A stretch of 64,000 bases of DNA from Dicyema japonicum (Eukaryota > Animalia > Dicyemida). Both the position numbers and the translations under genes were made by a program. Positions 13,420 to 25,849 of the stretch are shown here, one piece after another (positions within the stretch are counted from its first letter, which is position 1; every line of letters starts with the position of its first letter). Below the pieces are notes generated by a model that saw nothing but the letters and a program-made list of their open reading frames with translations, was not told the origin of the DNA and did not search any database. The stretch spans positions 1,635,355-1,699,354 of the forward strand of contig RDEW01000004.1 in assembly GCA_011109175.1 (NCBI GenBank), in the 5' to 3' direction.

Positions 13420-14000
13420 AACATTTTCTCACATAATTCATGTCGGTGAATGATGCAATGATATGTGAAAAAAAATCGGGTAATGAACGTCTTTTGGGCA
13501 AAATGGAAAAAATCCATTTTGATTTCCAAACTTGTCGAAAGAATTATAGATACATAAAATTATTGAAAATAATTCTTCCTTGACAGTTAAATCATGGATT
13601 TTTTTTATTTTATAAATAACACAGAAACTGACTTTTCTTTGCATTGTTTTGTTAAAAATCAATCGATTGCAATCGACAAAAATTCCCGCCGCGATCATCT
13701 GTTTGCCGCCCTTGCTGTAGAACTATCCTCATTCAACTTTTCTCGTGTAATATCATATTGTCATGATATCCATGTGGGCGGGTTCTTGAAAGAAGAGCTC
13801 GAAATTGTGATTTTTTATATTACAGTTAAAATGCGATTTTGGAGATTAATTTACGTTTCCGCGGCGGTAGGACGTGTGATAAAAATGGAAGAGGGGACCT
13901 ACTTCTCGACCTCTTTTCAGAAGCAAAAATCTGTATTATTGAAGAGTGAATTTGGTCTTTACATGCAGACGTTCCCCTTGTGTCCCCACCTTGGATTAAA
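13420..14000 (-). mobile_element. Degraded Tc1-like transposase relic
   Basis: SKGGKQMIAAGIF resembles the QGGxSVMxWxG block; lies next to the terminal-repeat-like motif at 14112. Confidence 0.3.
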
Positions 14001-14111
14001 TTAAAAAGTTCAGTATAAAGACTACTTTATTAAATGTCGACATACTTTTTGGCACGTATATTTCATCTATAAAAAAGTTCACCACTTTTTGCGATGAAAA
14101 ACAGTCCTATA

Positions 14112-14160
14112 ATATTATGTCACAAACCTAGGGTGTTACAGGGCCTAGGTTGTTACACTT
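14112..14160 (+). repeat. 49-bp DNA-transposon terminus-like motif, copy 1
   Basis: atattatgtcacaaacctagggtgttacagggcctaggttgttacactt matches the reverse complement of 31551-31599 at 44/49; internal cctagg..gttac repeats. Confidence 0.85.
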
Positions 14161-14399
14161 TGCTTATTTTTCGATAAAAATTGAAAATTAATTTATCGCT
14201 TAAGATAAATATAGGAAATTAATTTTTTTTATTAAATAATAACAGCATAGGGAATTAATGTCTATTTGAAGATAAGCGGAAGAAGGCCGCATAGGGAATT
14301 AGTGTCTCTCAGGTATGTAGTTTCATGCGAGATTTATAATGATGTTATATCTATGTTTAGTTGTTTCTCTTCAATCTAAAAAGAGGTCGTCAAATGAAA

Positions 14400-14990
14400 T
14401 GTAGTTAGGTATGTCAAGTGCCCCCTCTATCAAAAGCCTCGGATATGGTAATACATGGGAGACAGCATTTTCCCTTCATTAGGATGAGTAGTGATGTAGG
14501 TACTATCAACCATATGGTACAAAGCATGATATTGTTGGTTTTCGAATAACCAACAATGGGTTGGAAGACACTGCTGGAGATGTTCGAAGAAGTCGGATTG
14601 TCAGTGGCCAACTCCGACGAACCCAACCACTAGGATACTCAGGTCAAAAAAACACACCTGATTAATAAAATAATACTTAAAAAAGACGACTGAAAATCCA
14701 GACACAGTGCAGGTTAGAGGAGAATAGTGGTATAGTCAAACGGAGGATCTACAAATTTTGGTGCAATATTGATAACTCGTCCTAATTGAGGACTATAAAA
14801 AAAGGACATTTGGGGCAACTAGAATATCAAAAAACAATGCGCCCGGATCTGATAGGATACCAATGTCCCTTTTAAAGAAGTTTGATAGACTTTTAGTAAG
14901 GTTATTTAACGGGAGCCTCATGTTTGGTTATGTTCTCAGACATTGAAAGGTTCTCAAACAGGTTTAAGAAGGAAACTAGGAAAACGACCG
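14400..14990 (-). mobile_element. Degenerate LINE RT fragments
   Basis: FQPIVGYSKT..LMKGKCCLPCITISEAFDR resembles the QxGFR..LDISKAFDR block. Confidence 0.6.
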
Positions 14991-15014
14991 TAAGCTCCAA
15001 AAAACTACAATGAA

Positions 15015-15075
15015 ACCAAACTAACTAATCACGTGATCCAGAATTGATGCAGCAGTGATCTCATCGTGGCTTTAC
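15015..15075 (-). mobile_element. 'GIT-stop' LINE 3' end stub
   Basis: atc acg tga ttagttagtttggttt, stop at 15029-15031. Confidence 0.75.
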
Positions 15076-15374
15076 GATTCTCGAGCTCATAAAACCACTT
15101 ATGCGGCGCAGAAATTAATTTGCAGTCACACGGACATACTACTCTGTTCTTAAAGATTTTGAATTCAAGAACAATTGTTGAGGAGTTTTTGAAATACCCG
15201 TAACTTTAAATCCTCTTCTCTGGCTATTGTAACAAAGAAAACAGGAATTAGTAAAATATCTGAGTTACCACAAAAGTATATAAAGTCAATAAAAGAATAA
15301 ATAAACTTAATAACAACAAATAGTATATTATTATTTTGCCAAAAATGACAGGTAGACAATAATTAAAAGGAAAC

Positions 15375-15450
15375 GCCATCACGTGATTCAGGATTCTTTC
15401 AGCAATATTCTCACTTTTCCCGGTGTTCCTCTCGGGAAACCGACACTTTC
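15375..15450 (-). mobile_element. 'GIT-stop' LINE 3' end stub
   Basis: Frameshifted REEHREK..ILLKES.IT-stop; matches 34770-34850. Confidence 0.55.
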
Positions 15451-16099
15451 GATTTCGGATCTTTTTATTTATGCAATATTAGACTGGACACGCGTCACCT
15501 ACGTTCTCAGTAATTTCCTTATTTAATAATAATAACTCAGTGCAAGTTGTCCCAGGAGAAAGTGGTCTCAGAGATATGTAAGTCCCCGAGGACCTGGTTT
15601 CATTAGTTTTTTTACTTTAACTGTAGGCCCAATATATCCTCCAAAGGCTACGGAATGAGATTATCCGTGAACTAAGGATGACTGCTTGATCGACTATCTA
15701 TAATTAAGAATTTATGACTATAATAATATTCTCAGCAGAGAAGACACTTTGGATCCTATATTTATGATGAGGTCCTGCAGAACGTTTAATGGAGTTCTTC
15801 ACAGTTAATTGTGTACCTTTTACAGACGTGTTCCACTGGGGCTGGAAGGTGAGGAAATAACACTCCCACACACATGTCTCATTTGTTGCTGCCACTGAAT
15901 AGTATGTGTTACTTATTGTTAGATTACGTCATGGATGTGACAGCTTTAGTGGATGTGCTGAATATTCAAGCACGTGCCTAATTCATTCCTCAATTGAATG
16001 AGAACGCTATCCAAGATTTGTAGTTTTTTAATTCAGTCATTTGTGCTTACAGAGAGTAAACATTTGAAGTATATTTATATGTTTTTATATTATAAGGGG

Positions 16100-16850
16100 A
16101 GTTAAACAGTTGAGGAACGCTCTCATTGAAAAAAATATGGAGCTTTTCTCTAATGATGTTGATGCTAGGATTGTTGTCATTGTTTCTTGAAAGGGCAGTT
16201 TTCTTTTCCCCAAGTCTTGACTATTCAGCACCACAGTTTGTGTTGGATACATTCTGTTCTACTTCTGCCATAGTCACTGTTAGTTCATCGTTTAATTTTT
16301 ATGTTACTTGCAATCTGATTGTAAATTTATTTAATGATGATCTCAATTTATAAAATATGGATGACTCTCGGTTAGTACTGCATATTATGTGTTCTTCATT
16401 CATTTGGAGGCGGTGGTAACTTTACATAGTCAATGGTTGATTTATTTGCAGATGTATTACTGACTAGAAAGGATTTACTCCACTTTTTTCTGCTTTGATA
16501 GATTTTGTTACAAAGTTGTTCTTGTCATTATTCATAACTTCAAGAATATGAATCCTTAATCAGAGATGTTTTCCCTTTATGTACGTCTGCTTGCAATCTC
16601 CACCTAATATGCCAGAATAACCTCTGTACATATCACTGGACTACTTCATTTTCTACTGATCAAGTTTACTAATCCTCATATCGTGTGGTATTCTAAAGAA
16701 ATACCATTTATGCGCTAACCGTGCTGTAGTTTGTCACAGAATACATGATTACAGGTTGTTGTATGTAATTATTTGTTAGTATAAGTACAGATCATGTGGC
16801 AGGGGTACGGATACCCAGCATACAGTCGAAAGTTACAAATAGGGCGTCGT
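16100..16850 (-). pseudogene. Possible RING / B-box / coiled-coil (TRIM-like) relic
   Basis: RPICNF..TTCNHVFCDK (RING with two Cys lost), GGDCKQT..GKH, then a coiled-coil-like stretch; many stops. Confidence 0.35.
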
Positions 16851-17369
16851 ACAAATCACCATTTAAAAATGTCCCCTTCTCGAATTTTTAATAATTAAAT
16901 TAATTATTAAGTTAAATAAAAAATTAACAATTTATGTGAACAGTGTTGTATAAATTTAGATAAAAGTTTTTAACTATTCGGATTTATGTTTGTAATTGCA
17001 AGTCCTAGATCTCCTTTATCTGCAATCCCTAAGCGGTTTTCTTTGCGATTAACTTGGTTAATATACTGAATTATCTCACAACTATGTAAGACATGAGAAG
17101 TGAAATAAACAAATATTTAATGACAAATAATTTCAATTTTCACATAGAATAAAATATTCTTAAGTTATGGCTTTTCTTAGTAGCCTTCTCAACCTTTCTC
17201 GATGTTCTATACACTCAGCGAACAAACCGGTATCTGTCACTTTAATCAGTTGTTTGTTATTTTTTATAATCTTAATTACTTTGAAAAAATATAATAAATA
17301 ATACCATGATTAAAATGATACCACGTGTTTTCAAATCTTTTCCGAAAGCGAGATTACTCCTAAGAATAT

Positions 17370-17760
17370 ACAGGAATAGATGTCAACAAATGCTATCCAA
17401 AGCATTGGATTAAACAGTTCGTCGGTTCGACCTCCACCGGGCATTGATTTTAGTGAATCTTCTTTTCCTCGTGAAATTCGTGTAAACTTGACCCAACTCC
17501 GCAACAATCACCACGAGGGTCTCAATACTTACCTATACAAGACCGGCCAAGCAAAATCGCAAATCTGCTCTTCATGTACACTTGATGTCAACACAGATCA
17601 CCCATTCTTTTGACCTTCATGTACACTTGATGTCAACACAGATCACCCATTCTTTTGACCTAGCCCGCATATGTTTTTTCGCTTCACTGGATCAACCTTA
17701 TGGATCCTAGGGAACATCCGTCATTGGTAGTTACGTTCCACACAGTCGCCCTGTAATAAC
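17370..17760 (+). mobile_element. LINE ORF2 C-terminus with CCHC-like motif and 3' UTR
   Basis: PPPGIDFSESSFPREIRVNLTQLR..LNTYLYK..ICSSC..TDHPF, typical of Ingi/I/Jockey-group C-termini. Confidence 0.75.
17570..17659. repeat. Perfect 45-bp tandem duplication
   Basis: cttcatgtacacttgatgtcaacacagatcacccattcttttgac at 17570-17614 and 17615-17659. Confidence 0.95.
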
Positions 17761-18564
17761 CATCTCGCTTCACTGTGTATTAAGAGTCGTTCAAAATCTT
17801 CATTGTCAACAAACTTAATGACATAATTTTCAGCTGTGTTCTATCCCTCAAGTTGATAATGTAGAGGAGATGGATGAGGAAAGTAACGAAGGAGAATCCT
17901 AAAGAGCCGTTTGTGTTTGTCTACAGTGACATTGTTGAGTGAATATAAGTTCAGGAGAACATGTCCTCTGTATATTTCGGTTGTGAGTTTAAGCTCATTA
18001 AAGTGTACCGGAACGACCGTTTATCCATTTTGTTACTAACCCCGACATGAAGATTAAACGAAGTAATCCAGAAAATGATATGCATGAGAAACGAAATTCT
18101 AAGATTTCCATGGTCTCTGAGAAATATTATTCTTTTATTCTTAAGCTAATAAGGGGGATGTCATAATTGAAGATGAAGAGCAGAGGAATAGGAACGAGGA
18201 GGACGTGAGCAAACTTGGGATGAAGAGTCTGAAACAGTTTCTGATGAGTTCTTCAGTTTATCTTGATGATGTGACTGATGCAAATTCAATTTAGTCTAAA
18301 TGCGAAATTATAAAAAAAACGGCTTGAGAATGTCAGTTGCACAAATGTTAAGTGGGGATTAACGAATACTTTTAAGCTTGTGAGCATCACAGACAAGAAA
18401 GTAAGAATGTTAGACATTCAGCTACTGGACTTTTTAAAAAGTGACGATTTTTGATTTTAATTTTTAATGTATAAATATGTTTCAATAATGAATAATTAAA
18501 AAAAATTTTAAAACCCATTTTTTGAAAGTATATTTTGATGACTGTTAAATCAAGACATTCAACA

Positions 18565-18770
18565 GATGGTAGTGGTTAGTGGCCTCGCACTGCTATCTAC
18601 TTGGTCGAATGATTTCCTCTCTGCTCTTGTCTTCAATTCCTAGAAGTGTGATTGGATACACCTATGCACGGAAATGCCCTAGGTTGGTATTCATTAAAAA
18701 GGATCTCTCCCTTACTCCAGTGGAGGGGTTCCCTAATGGAGGATCCGTGGAAGGGACATGATGCTGGGAA
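18565..18770 (+). mobile_element. SINE-like family B, diverged copy
   Basis: A-box-like tggtagtggttagtgg, ggtcgaat, and core aaggatc..ctcccttactccagtggaggggtt shared with 26550, 30460, 45590 and 59170. Confidence 0.6.
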
Positions 18771-19059
18771 AGGATACGTCTCATTCTGACTGAGGGAATT
18801 AGATAAAATTTATTATATTCGGAATTATTAACAAAGAAGTTCCCAGATATCTCCCAATATTTAAACAAATTTTGGAACATTGTTAAATTTGTACAAGTTA
18901 CAGTTCGAGAATCAAACAATTTTATCCGTTTTCCATTTTGTAGATAATAAACCAATTACTATAGTCGTTAAATAATTTTAAGATAACGAGTGACATAACA
19001 ATTGTGCTAAATATTTTCATTTATAATATGAGATGGAACTCCTCCTCCACTTCTTATAC

Positions 19060-19130
19060 AGGGAGTAAACGTACTACGACAAGTTGAGGTTGAAAAGTGT
19101 CACAAGTATGACCTTGCAGTGAGCTCTCGT
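19060..19130 (+). mobile_element. R4/Dong-like RLE stub
   Basis: LRQVEVEKCHKYDL, same motif as at ~10020. Confidence 0.55.
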
Positions 19131-19779
19131 TACTCTACAACTTTCAACTAACGAATATTCTGCTTATTGGAATGCAGTCTCAAAATGCTTCAAGAAGTAT
19201 ATCTATCGAAAAACATTCAATCAACCGGATTGAAGAAAGCTCCTTAAAGCATGGTAGTTGCGCAGAAGCAAGTTATTAAGAGCCTTGATAAAGATTTTAT
19301 TTCTGCTTCAAACAAACTTGTGGAAATCGCGTTAATTGTAAGGATATCTCACTGATGATTGAAAAATGATTAATTGTTGAGAGATGGGATAATCATCTCC
19401 AATAGGATGAGAGTGGTCAGCATGTTCAACACAAGCAGAAGTTCTCCCTTGGGTCTCTTTCTTGGATTAATTGGTTATGACTTTGTGTTGGGCATAACAC
19501 AGTTTGTAAACACGTGTCAATAAACACATGAAATATAAAAAGAAGGTATTGCAGTAAAGGAAATAAGATGTATCCAAAGAAGCATACAGATAGATTAGTT
19601 TATAAGTCTTTGAAAATTATAAACCATTTAATCACTCCACTGTATTACTTTTTGAAAGATCTTCAAACTACAGCTTTCTATTTAGTTAGTTAAAGCACAT
19701 TCGCGTTACCAGTAAACACTTTTTATGGTTTCGTTTGTACCATGCTTTTTGATTATCCTTTCCTTTAGTCTTTTCCATC

Positions 19780-20700
19780 TTTTTCGTTGTCGTGCTCTTT
19801 ACCTGATTTCGTCAAGATCGTCCACATCCATCAAAATCAGCCTTTCGGTCGCGTAGTCGCCTCTGACTTTCTCAAATTCGTGATTTTTGACATTTTTGTA
19901 TTTGATGGCATATTTTTCAGGGTGAAGGTCGCAATAACCATCTTGTGGTCACTGACAGTCGTCGAGCCTTTATATGAACGTGCGTTTATTAGAAGTTGTT
20001 TGTCTTTAGCCATGCATATGACATAGTCTATTTGGTTATATATTGGGACCAGCTTTCCCTCTGAATTCCTTCTCTTCCCCACCCACGTAGTTTTAATGCA
20101 GTATGCGTAAATGCAGTATTACATAGGAAAAGGTTGATTGCAATACAACAGTGACCAGTATTGTCCCGGGTAGGTTTCTTATTCCACGTCCATGTTCTCC
20201 TAAGAAAACATTATCCGATTTATTCTTCATCTAAATTTTCGCGTTCAAATCCCCAGCAATGAGTATTAGTGATGACGACTGATATTCGCTGTACGTCTGT
20301 AGCAGTGTTTAATAGAAGTCGTCTAGTTCTGTCGGATCTTTTGCTACTCTCCGCAGTGTGGCTCCTAAACATTTATAATTGTCAGAAAGCTCTTGAAGGA
20401 GGTAAGTCGTAAAGACGGATTTTGTAACACAGATCCTGTCATTCACACTCCATATGCAATAGACTGCACTTGTCAACTTTGAGTGGATGGCAAATCCAAG
20501 TCCATAATATTTCGAGTCGTCGATATTCGCCATAGTTCTCATCAAGGCTACAAGTAACTTTCGTTTCATGTAGGAACCCAATAGATACGTCGTATCTCGC
20601 CAGGTCGTCACAGAAAATCTTCCTCGACCAAATCGTAGATAAGCCTCTAGCATTGAACGTAAGGAGATGACTTAGTTATATTATGATAACAAACCCATAA
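19780..20700 (-). mobile_element. RTE-like LINE 5' part (APE endonuclease)
   Basis: LLTFNARGL, YGLGFAIHSKL..WSVNDRI, DPTELDDFY, YNQIDY..SDHKMVIATF; close paralogue of 8800-9400. Confidence 0.9.
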
Positions 20701-21049
20701 GAAATTTCAATAGTTTCAGCGGGAAAATTTGGCTTAAGTTTACTATAAAAGGCAAACATTGGATTTTTTTGATTTCACCAAACGTTTGGCTTGACGGCGA
20801 CATGTGTTCATTAGCATAGTGATGTGAATCTTGGGAATTGGAACTGTTTATGGATTTATCATCAATTTCGGCTTCACTTGGTGCACTCTATTTTAGAAGA
20901 ACAAGATTATCAATTTTCGTATTTTCTTCAATTTGTCAACATTGTTCTCAATAAGCTCTTTATGCTGTGGAAGGCCTAATTTAAGACGGCATGTGAATCC
21001 CGTAAGTTAACTAAAAGTCATCAACTCCTATTTCCTGTAAATATCTAAA

Positions 21050-21760
21050 TTTTTTTTTAATTTAATAAAATTTAAACAATAGAAGTCAGGTAGTTGCCGC
21101 CCTCACCGCGTGGCTGTTCCCTCTCAAAATTGCGAGCGAAATTCGCTCAAATAGCCAGCGGCGTTCGCGGAGATCTCCAGTGCATGAGGTGATCCGGTTT
21201 CCAAGACGTACGAAAAACTCGAGTGTAGAGGGGGAGTAGGATCCGGAAGTCTCCATAGCAAGGGGAACAAATTTGACATCATCGGGAGGTCGACGTATTT
21301 AACGAGTTTGGCCTTCTCCGCCTTTACGGATGCTGAACAGGCCCTTGTAGCACTCTCGTGAAGATTTTTCTGGGCGAACGTGTCTGTACATGTCACATCC
21401 CAAACCAGTGGTTTCCCGGCCTCAAATGGAAATATGGTCATCCCGTCCGGTCGTTTCCCGTCACTTCTGCATAACCCGACCGGTTCAAGAATGGCCGAAT
21501 ATCCAGCAGCATCCATAGCTTGCCTGACAATTTCATTCAGAGCCTTGTGCCTTGGGGATCTGCCAGCGCTTCTCCTGCAGGCGAGAGGGTGCAGGCCATA
21601 GCAGTCTATCAGGATGCCACATCGGCACGGGTGAGGTACACATACTTTTAGTCCCAGCCGCAGAGAGATACCAGTTCTAACGCATTCATCATCCAGAAAA
21701 GTGCCCAAAGCTCCATTGGGATGGCGTTTAGCCAATATCTAAATATAATGAAAACTAAGA
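21050..21760 (-). mobile_element. CRE-clade non-LTR retrotransposon C-terminus (zinc knuckle plus RLE)
   Basis: HPCRCG..HPLAC..RHKALNE..KRPDGMT..GKPLVWDVTCTDT..AEKAKLVKY, frameshift near 21285, then ETSG..FERISLAILRGNS; stop at 21086-21088 and A/T tail. Confidence 0.9.
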
Positions 21761-22214
21761 ACCCTTAAGTAAATTTCTTTCATCTCCCCCATTTAGAATT
21801 ATCAGTGTTATTTCTCCATTGAAACTTACCTAGATACAGATAGTTTAAAAATGGAGGGTTGGAAAAATTTCTTCTTGTGTTGACCAAATACATCATCCAA
21901 TACTCCATTACAGGTTTCAACCGTGTCGTGACAAAAGGACTCGAAACATCACGTGTAATATATGTTGAAGAATAATATATTTTTCTGAAATGGTTAACCT
22001 TATATCATTCTAAATTATTAGTTGAATAAATAGTTTTTGTTTGCTAAAACATTTAATCAACGAAAAGGGTCATGGCTAAGACAAAAGATAGGAGTAGCCA
22101 TACTCCGAGGGAACTCGTTCGCAATCCACGCAGCAGGCTTCCTCAACTGACATTTGTTTAATTGTTAAAAAAAACATTTAAAAAATCAAATTGGAGAGTG
22201 ATGGTGACAAATCT

Positions 22215-22330
22215 ATTTATTAAAGCGTAATGTTGTATGTATGTGGCACAATAACTCGCGAATAAATTGACGGATTTTAATTAAAAAAAAGTTTTGAATA
22301 AATAAAAACATTTCCGAAAAAGTGAACCAG
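22215..22330 (+). mobile_element. Possible Helitron/DINE-like non-autonomous 5' segment
   Basis: tctatttattaaagcgtaatgttgtatgtatgt..aactc..ggattttaat resembles remembered HINE/DINE-type ends; no 3' hairpin or CTAG identified. Confidence 0.25.
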
Positions 22331-22963
22331 ATATGAAGAATTTGAGTTTCTGAAAATTTCGATCAATATCATGTCAAGTGGCGTGACCTTCAATGTTAAT
22401 TTCAATAAAATTCACTTTAATCATTTCTAGGCACTAATACAAAATTCCAGAGATCCCGGAGGGTTGTAGGAAAAAAAGTCAAGTGGAAAAAAGGGTTTAT
22501 ATCGCATTTTTGTGATACTACTAGCAACTTTAAATTTTTAAAAATTTTTTCAATACTTGACTTTTTTTCCGCTTGTTTATAAATTAAGATTTTTATTCAT
22601 GATCGTTTTATTTTAAAGTAAGCGAGTTTAGAATAACAAATTATTTAAATAGTTAATTTTGGCAAATTTTAATGCTTTAGTTTGTAATTGCATTAAAATG
22701 CCCCGCCACAACTAAAACTACACGTGGTGGAAATAAATTCTAAAAATAAAACAGATTTTTTCTACTTTTAAAATTTTTTAAAATGTTATAAACATATGAT
22801 TTTTATTTAACGTGAATCAAGGGATTATTTAATGTGAATCAAGGGATTATTTAATGTGAATCAAAAGAATATTTAATATTCCATGCAATTGCTTTTAGGG
22901 TTTCTACTGTTTTAGATTTGTAAGGGATTTTCTTGACTCGTTTTAGCAATAAGTTTTGTCTCG

Positions 22964-23191
22964 TCACAATTTCATCAGTTTTATTTGACTTTCGTCAAAT
23001 TCGTGATTGTGAGAAATTCCTTCTTTGGGAAATTCAAAATTATGATCTGTTCTTAGGCTTCCTATGCATCCTTGTGAAGATTTTTTCACACATTTAAAAA
23101 TTATATAGTTTTTTGTCACCGAGTGCTTTGTATACATAAAACCCTTAAAACAAATTTTCTTTCCTCCTTTGTTAGTTGATATTATCTCCAT
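22964..23191 (-). CDS. FLYWCH zinc-finger ORF (truncated MULE transposase N-terminus)
   Basis: STNKGGKKICFKGFMYTK..IFKCVKK..GCIGSL..HNHE pattern. Confidence 0.8.
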   Translation of the reverse strand: MEIISTNKGGKKICFKGFMYTKHSVTKNYIIFKCVKKSSQGCIGSLRTDHNFEFPKEGISHNHEFDESQIKLMKL

Positions 23192-23354
23192 TTTGTCTCT
23201 TATTTTTGGGCAAGCATAATATTTAAAATACGCCTAATTATAACCTTAAAATCCGTATATTGATTAAGTCAAAAAGATTAAACCAAAGCGAAAAAAGTCA
23301 AGGTCAAAAAGATTAAACCAAAGCGAAAAAAGTTAAGTCAATTTTATTATATTA

Positions 23355-23535
23355 GGAATCCTTGGCCCCCAAGCAGATGAGTTGGTTCGTAAGATCGGCT
23401 CCATGATTCAAGCTGTGACCAAGGATCCGCGAGAGACTAGTTGGTTCCGAGAACGTATCTCGTTGGCTATTGTTAGGGGAAATAGCATGGCCATTCAGAT
23501 GCCTTAATTTAATTTTTATTCATTTTATAATAAAA
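23355..23535 (+). mobile_element. CRE-like 3' end nested inside the MULE
   Basis: GILGPQADELVRKIGSMIQAVTKDPRETSWFRERISLAIVRGNSMAIQMP-stop plus A/T-rich tail. Confidence 0.85.
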
Positions 23536-23928
23536 AAAAATTTATTATTACCTTGAAATTCTTAAATTGATTTAGTCAAAGCGATTATACCAAAGCGTTT
23601 TGCGCTAAATTTCGAAAATTTATAAGGGAAAAATTTTCAAAATAGAAAAAAAGTCAAGCGGAAAAAAAGTCAAGTATTGAAAAAATTTTTAAAAATTAAA
23701 AGATGCTAGTAGTATCACAAAAATGCGATATAAACTAAAAAAAGACGACTTGACTTTTTTTCCGCACTCCAGAACAACTACTCAGAACAATTTATAGAAA
23801 AATAACCATTATTGTATCCACATGGACAGAAAATCTACAACTGCTGTTAGGCAGACGGAGCTTCAGGAAATTCCTTAATCACGCCATGTTAATTTCGACA
23901 TTCATGATAACTATCGAATACTCAGAGT

Positions 23929-24267
23929 TTACTTGCCGTCTGGAACCGGTCGATCTTGACAGAGGTGATGACAAGGGGCCAGGTGGCGCAGAAACTGTGC
24001 CATAGAGTCAAAGGAGGTATCTTCAACGTGCACGATAACTTTCTCTAATGGAAATTTGCACAAGTCATCGTTGGGCGCGGGTTTCGCAGCGAGCACTAAT
24101 GGAGATTTGAAAAAGTGAAGTACCAAGGTATCGTGGATCGATTCGTTTTCCAGTCGATCCCTGTTGATACCCGAGCACGTCTGAGCTCCATCCCTTGCGG
24201 TAAGATAGGTGATCTTTTCTGGTAGTTGAAGCTTAAAGCGGCACAACCTTAGACACGTGGACCACAT
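23929..24267 (-). CDS. Unidentified 112-aa ORF with higher GC than its flanks
   Basis: ATG-started ORF without stops in a window where almost all frames are broken; no motif recognised. Confidence 0.25.
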   Translation of the reverse strand: MWSTCLRLCRFKLQLPEKITYLTARDGAQTCSGINRDRLENESIHDTLVLHFFKSPLVLAAKPAPNDDLCKFPLEKVIVHVEDTSFDSMAQFLRHLAPCHHLCQDRPVPDGK

Positions 24268-24469
24268 GGCAGCACAATATCATACAGTATAATTTAAATC
24301 TCACATGCCATTACGGTTACACAAAATAAACGTTACAGTACTTGATTTTTTTTATTTTTATAATTTATTAAGCCAATTAAAAGCAATCTAATAGTTAGGA
24401 CTGTAATGTTTTTTGTAGTGTATGGCATGCTACATTGAAATTGAATTTTATTTCCAAAGACTACAGTTA

Positions 24470-24700
24470 AATACAAAAACAAGAAATTATGAGATCCCGG
24501 CGAATTCCAATAAGGCTCTCAGCTTGCCCCGGTGGTCTTCCCTAGATCCAACACAAGCACGCAGTGGACGAGTGATCCTCTGGTGTCGTTGAGTTTGGCC
24601 TCCTTTTCTTCTTATTAGGTCTCCAAGGGTGGGTGTAGAATTTAGATCGCCTTTGATCCAGTTTTCTATCACGGAAAACGCTTTTTTTTGGGTTGCACAA
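24470..24700 (-). mobile_element. 'GIT-stop' LINE 3' end
   Basis: ITRPLRACVGSREDHRGKLRALLEFAGIS-stop (24487). Confidence 0.85.
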
Positions 24701-24989
24701 TTCTCTGGGCATTCGTCCAAGAAATTGAAGGGCTCCATGATGCACATGTATATGATATATATGGCTCGACGTACTGGCTGTATAGTGATTTCAGAAAGGG
24801 ATGACTTCCGATCTTCCATAAACCAGAGATCCCCTTCAAGATTTAAAATTAATTAAGGATTAAGCATGGGAGCTATAATTAATTAAAGAGTTCATATCTT
24901 GTGTTTCAGAATCCTGGTGTTGATGATGGTGGGCTAGTAAATGTTAAGGAATTGATCGAAATTCAATATAATATTTTGATGTAAAAGAT

Positions 24990-25310
24990 CAACTTAAAAA
25001 ACCTTCATTTGATCCTCTTCAGAAAAATGGACAACCCACACGTCGACCTTAAGTGTTCGGAAAATATGGCTAAAATCCGGTGACAACTCACCTCGATCGA
25101 AGGCGCTGCACACGTATATGCAAGACCAAATTTTTTGGGGTCGATCAACAAATGCATACCCCCATTGTAAGTCAAGGAGCATGTCGGTTGATCATTTAGC
25201 CACTCGGTGCGGATCCATGCTTTGCCACGACTCTGTGTGGAGGCATAACGAGGTAGTAAAGAGTCTTCATTTTCTACTATGCAGTAAGAATGGTATTCGC
25301 CACACCATTC
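24990..25310 (+). mobile_element. R4/Dong-like non-LTR fragment (post-RT CCHC region)
   Basis: WLKSGDNSPRSKAL..MQDQIFWG..HC..SVDHLATRCGSMLCHD..RHNEVVKSLHFLLC. Confidence 0.85.
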
Positions 25311-25849
25311 AGGGAAGAACCCTTTTGGGGATGCAGATCCAAGTCATAGAGTTTACGTATTTTTCCATAATCACATTTTACTCGATGTCTTTTTTTATCA
25401 TAGACAAGAATTTTATTAACCACTCTAAGACTGACGTGAACTCATATACTCTCTATAAGAAATCGTTGACTGTCTCACACTTTTCCAAAGTGGAAACAGA
25501 ACTTTTCCAAATAATGCGAAATTTTTTTTTCACATTTACTTGTAATAATAGTTCAGTCGACTAGTTTGCAGAACTGTTCGAAAAAGATATGGCTAATGTA
25601 GTCTCATATATTGTCTAGGCTCTTGTTCCAAATTTATTCCCTTTTCTGGTTTCCTCTTTGAGCTTACACTGTATAGGACGTATTGGAACGTTGACATAAG
25701 CCAAGACCACAAAACTATTACTAGTTAACTAGGTGATCTAGATATGTTCCAGCAGTGCTCTTGGCTTAATGTTATCTCCTTGATGTCACACAAACGCGTG
25801 ATAGTGGTAGAACTGTTTGGTCAGGATGTAACAAGCACATAGCAATGCT

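Larger units (their letters stand above)
22458..23770 (-). mobile_element. MULE-like non-autonomous DNA transposon with ~113-bp TIRs
   Basis: 22458-22575 is the inverted complement of 23654-23770; internal FLYWCH ORF; repeated aaaaaagtcaag motifs; 22-bp (22812-22877) and 35-bp (23268-23337) tandem repeats. No 9-bp TSD seen. Confidence 0.85.

Noticed and set aside
13594-14004. 136-aa plus-strand ORF and similar track ORFs (8442, 16126, 21380, 28842, 28900, 49203, 49938, 51534, 60211) as genes
   Set aside because: They are antisense or out-of-frame shadows of TE or pseudogene sequence with no motifs of their own.
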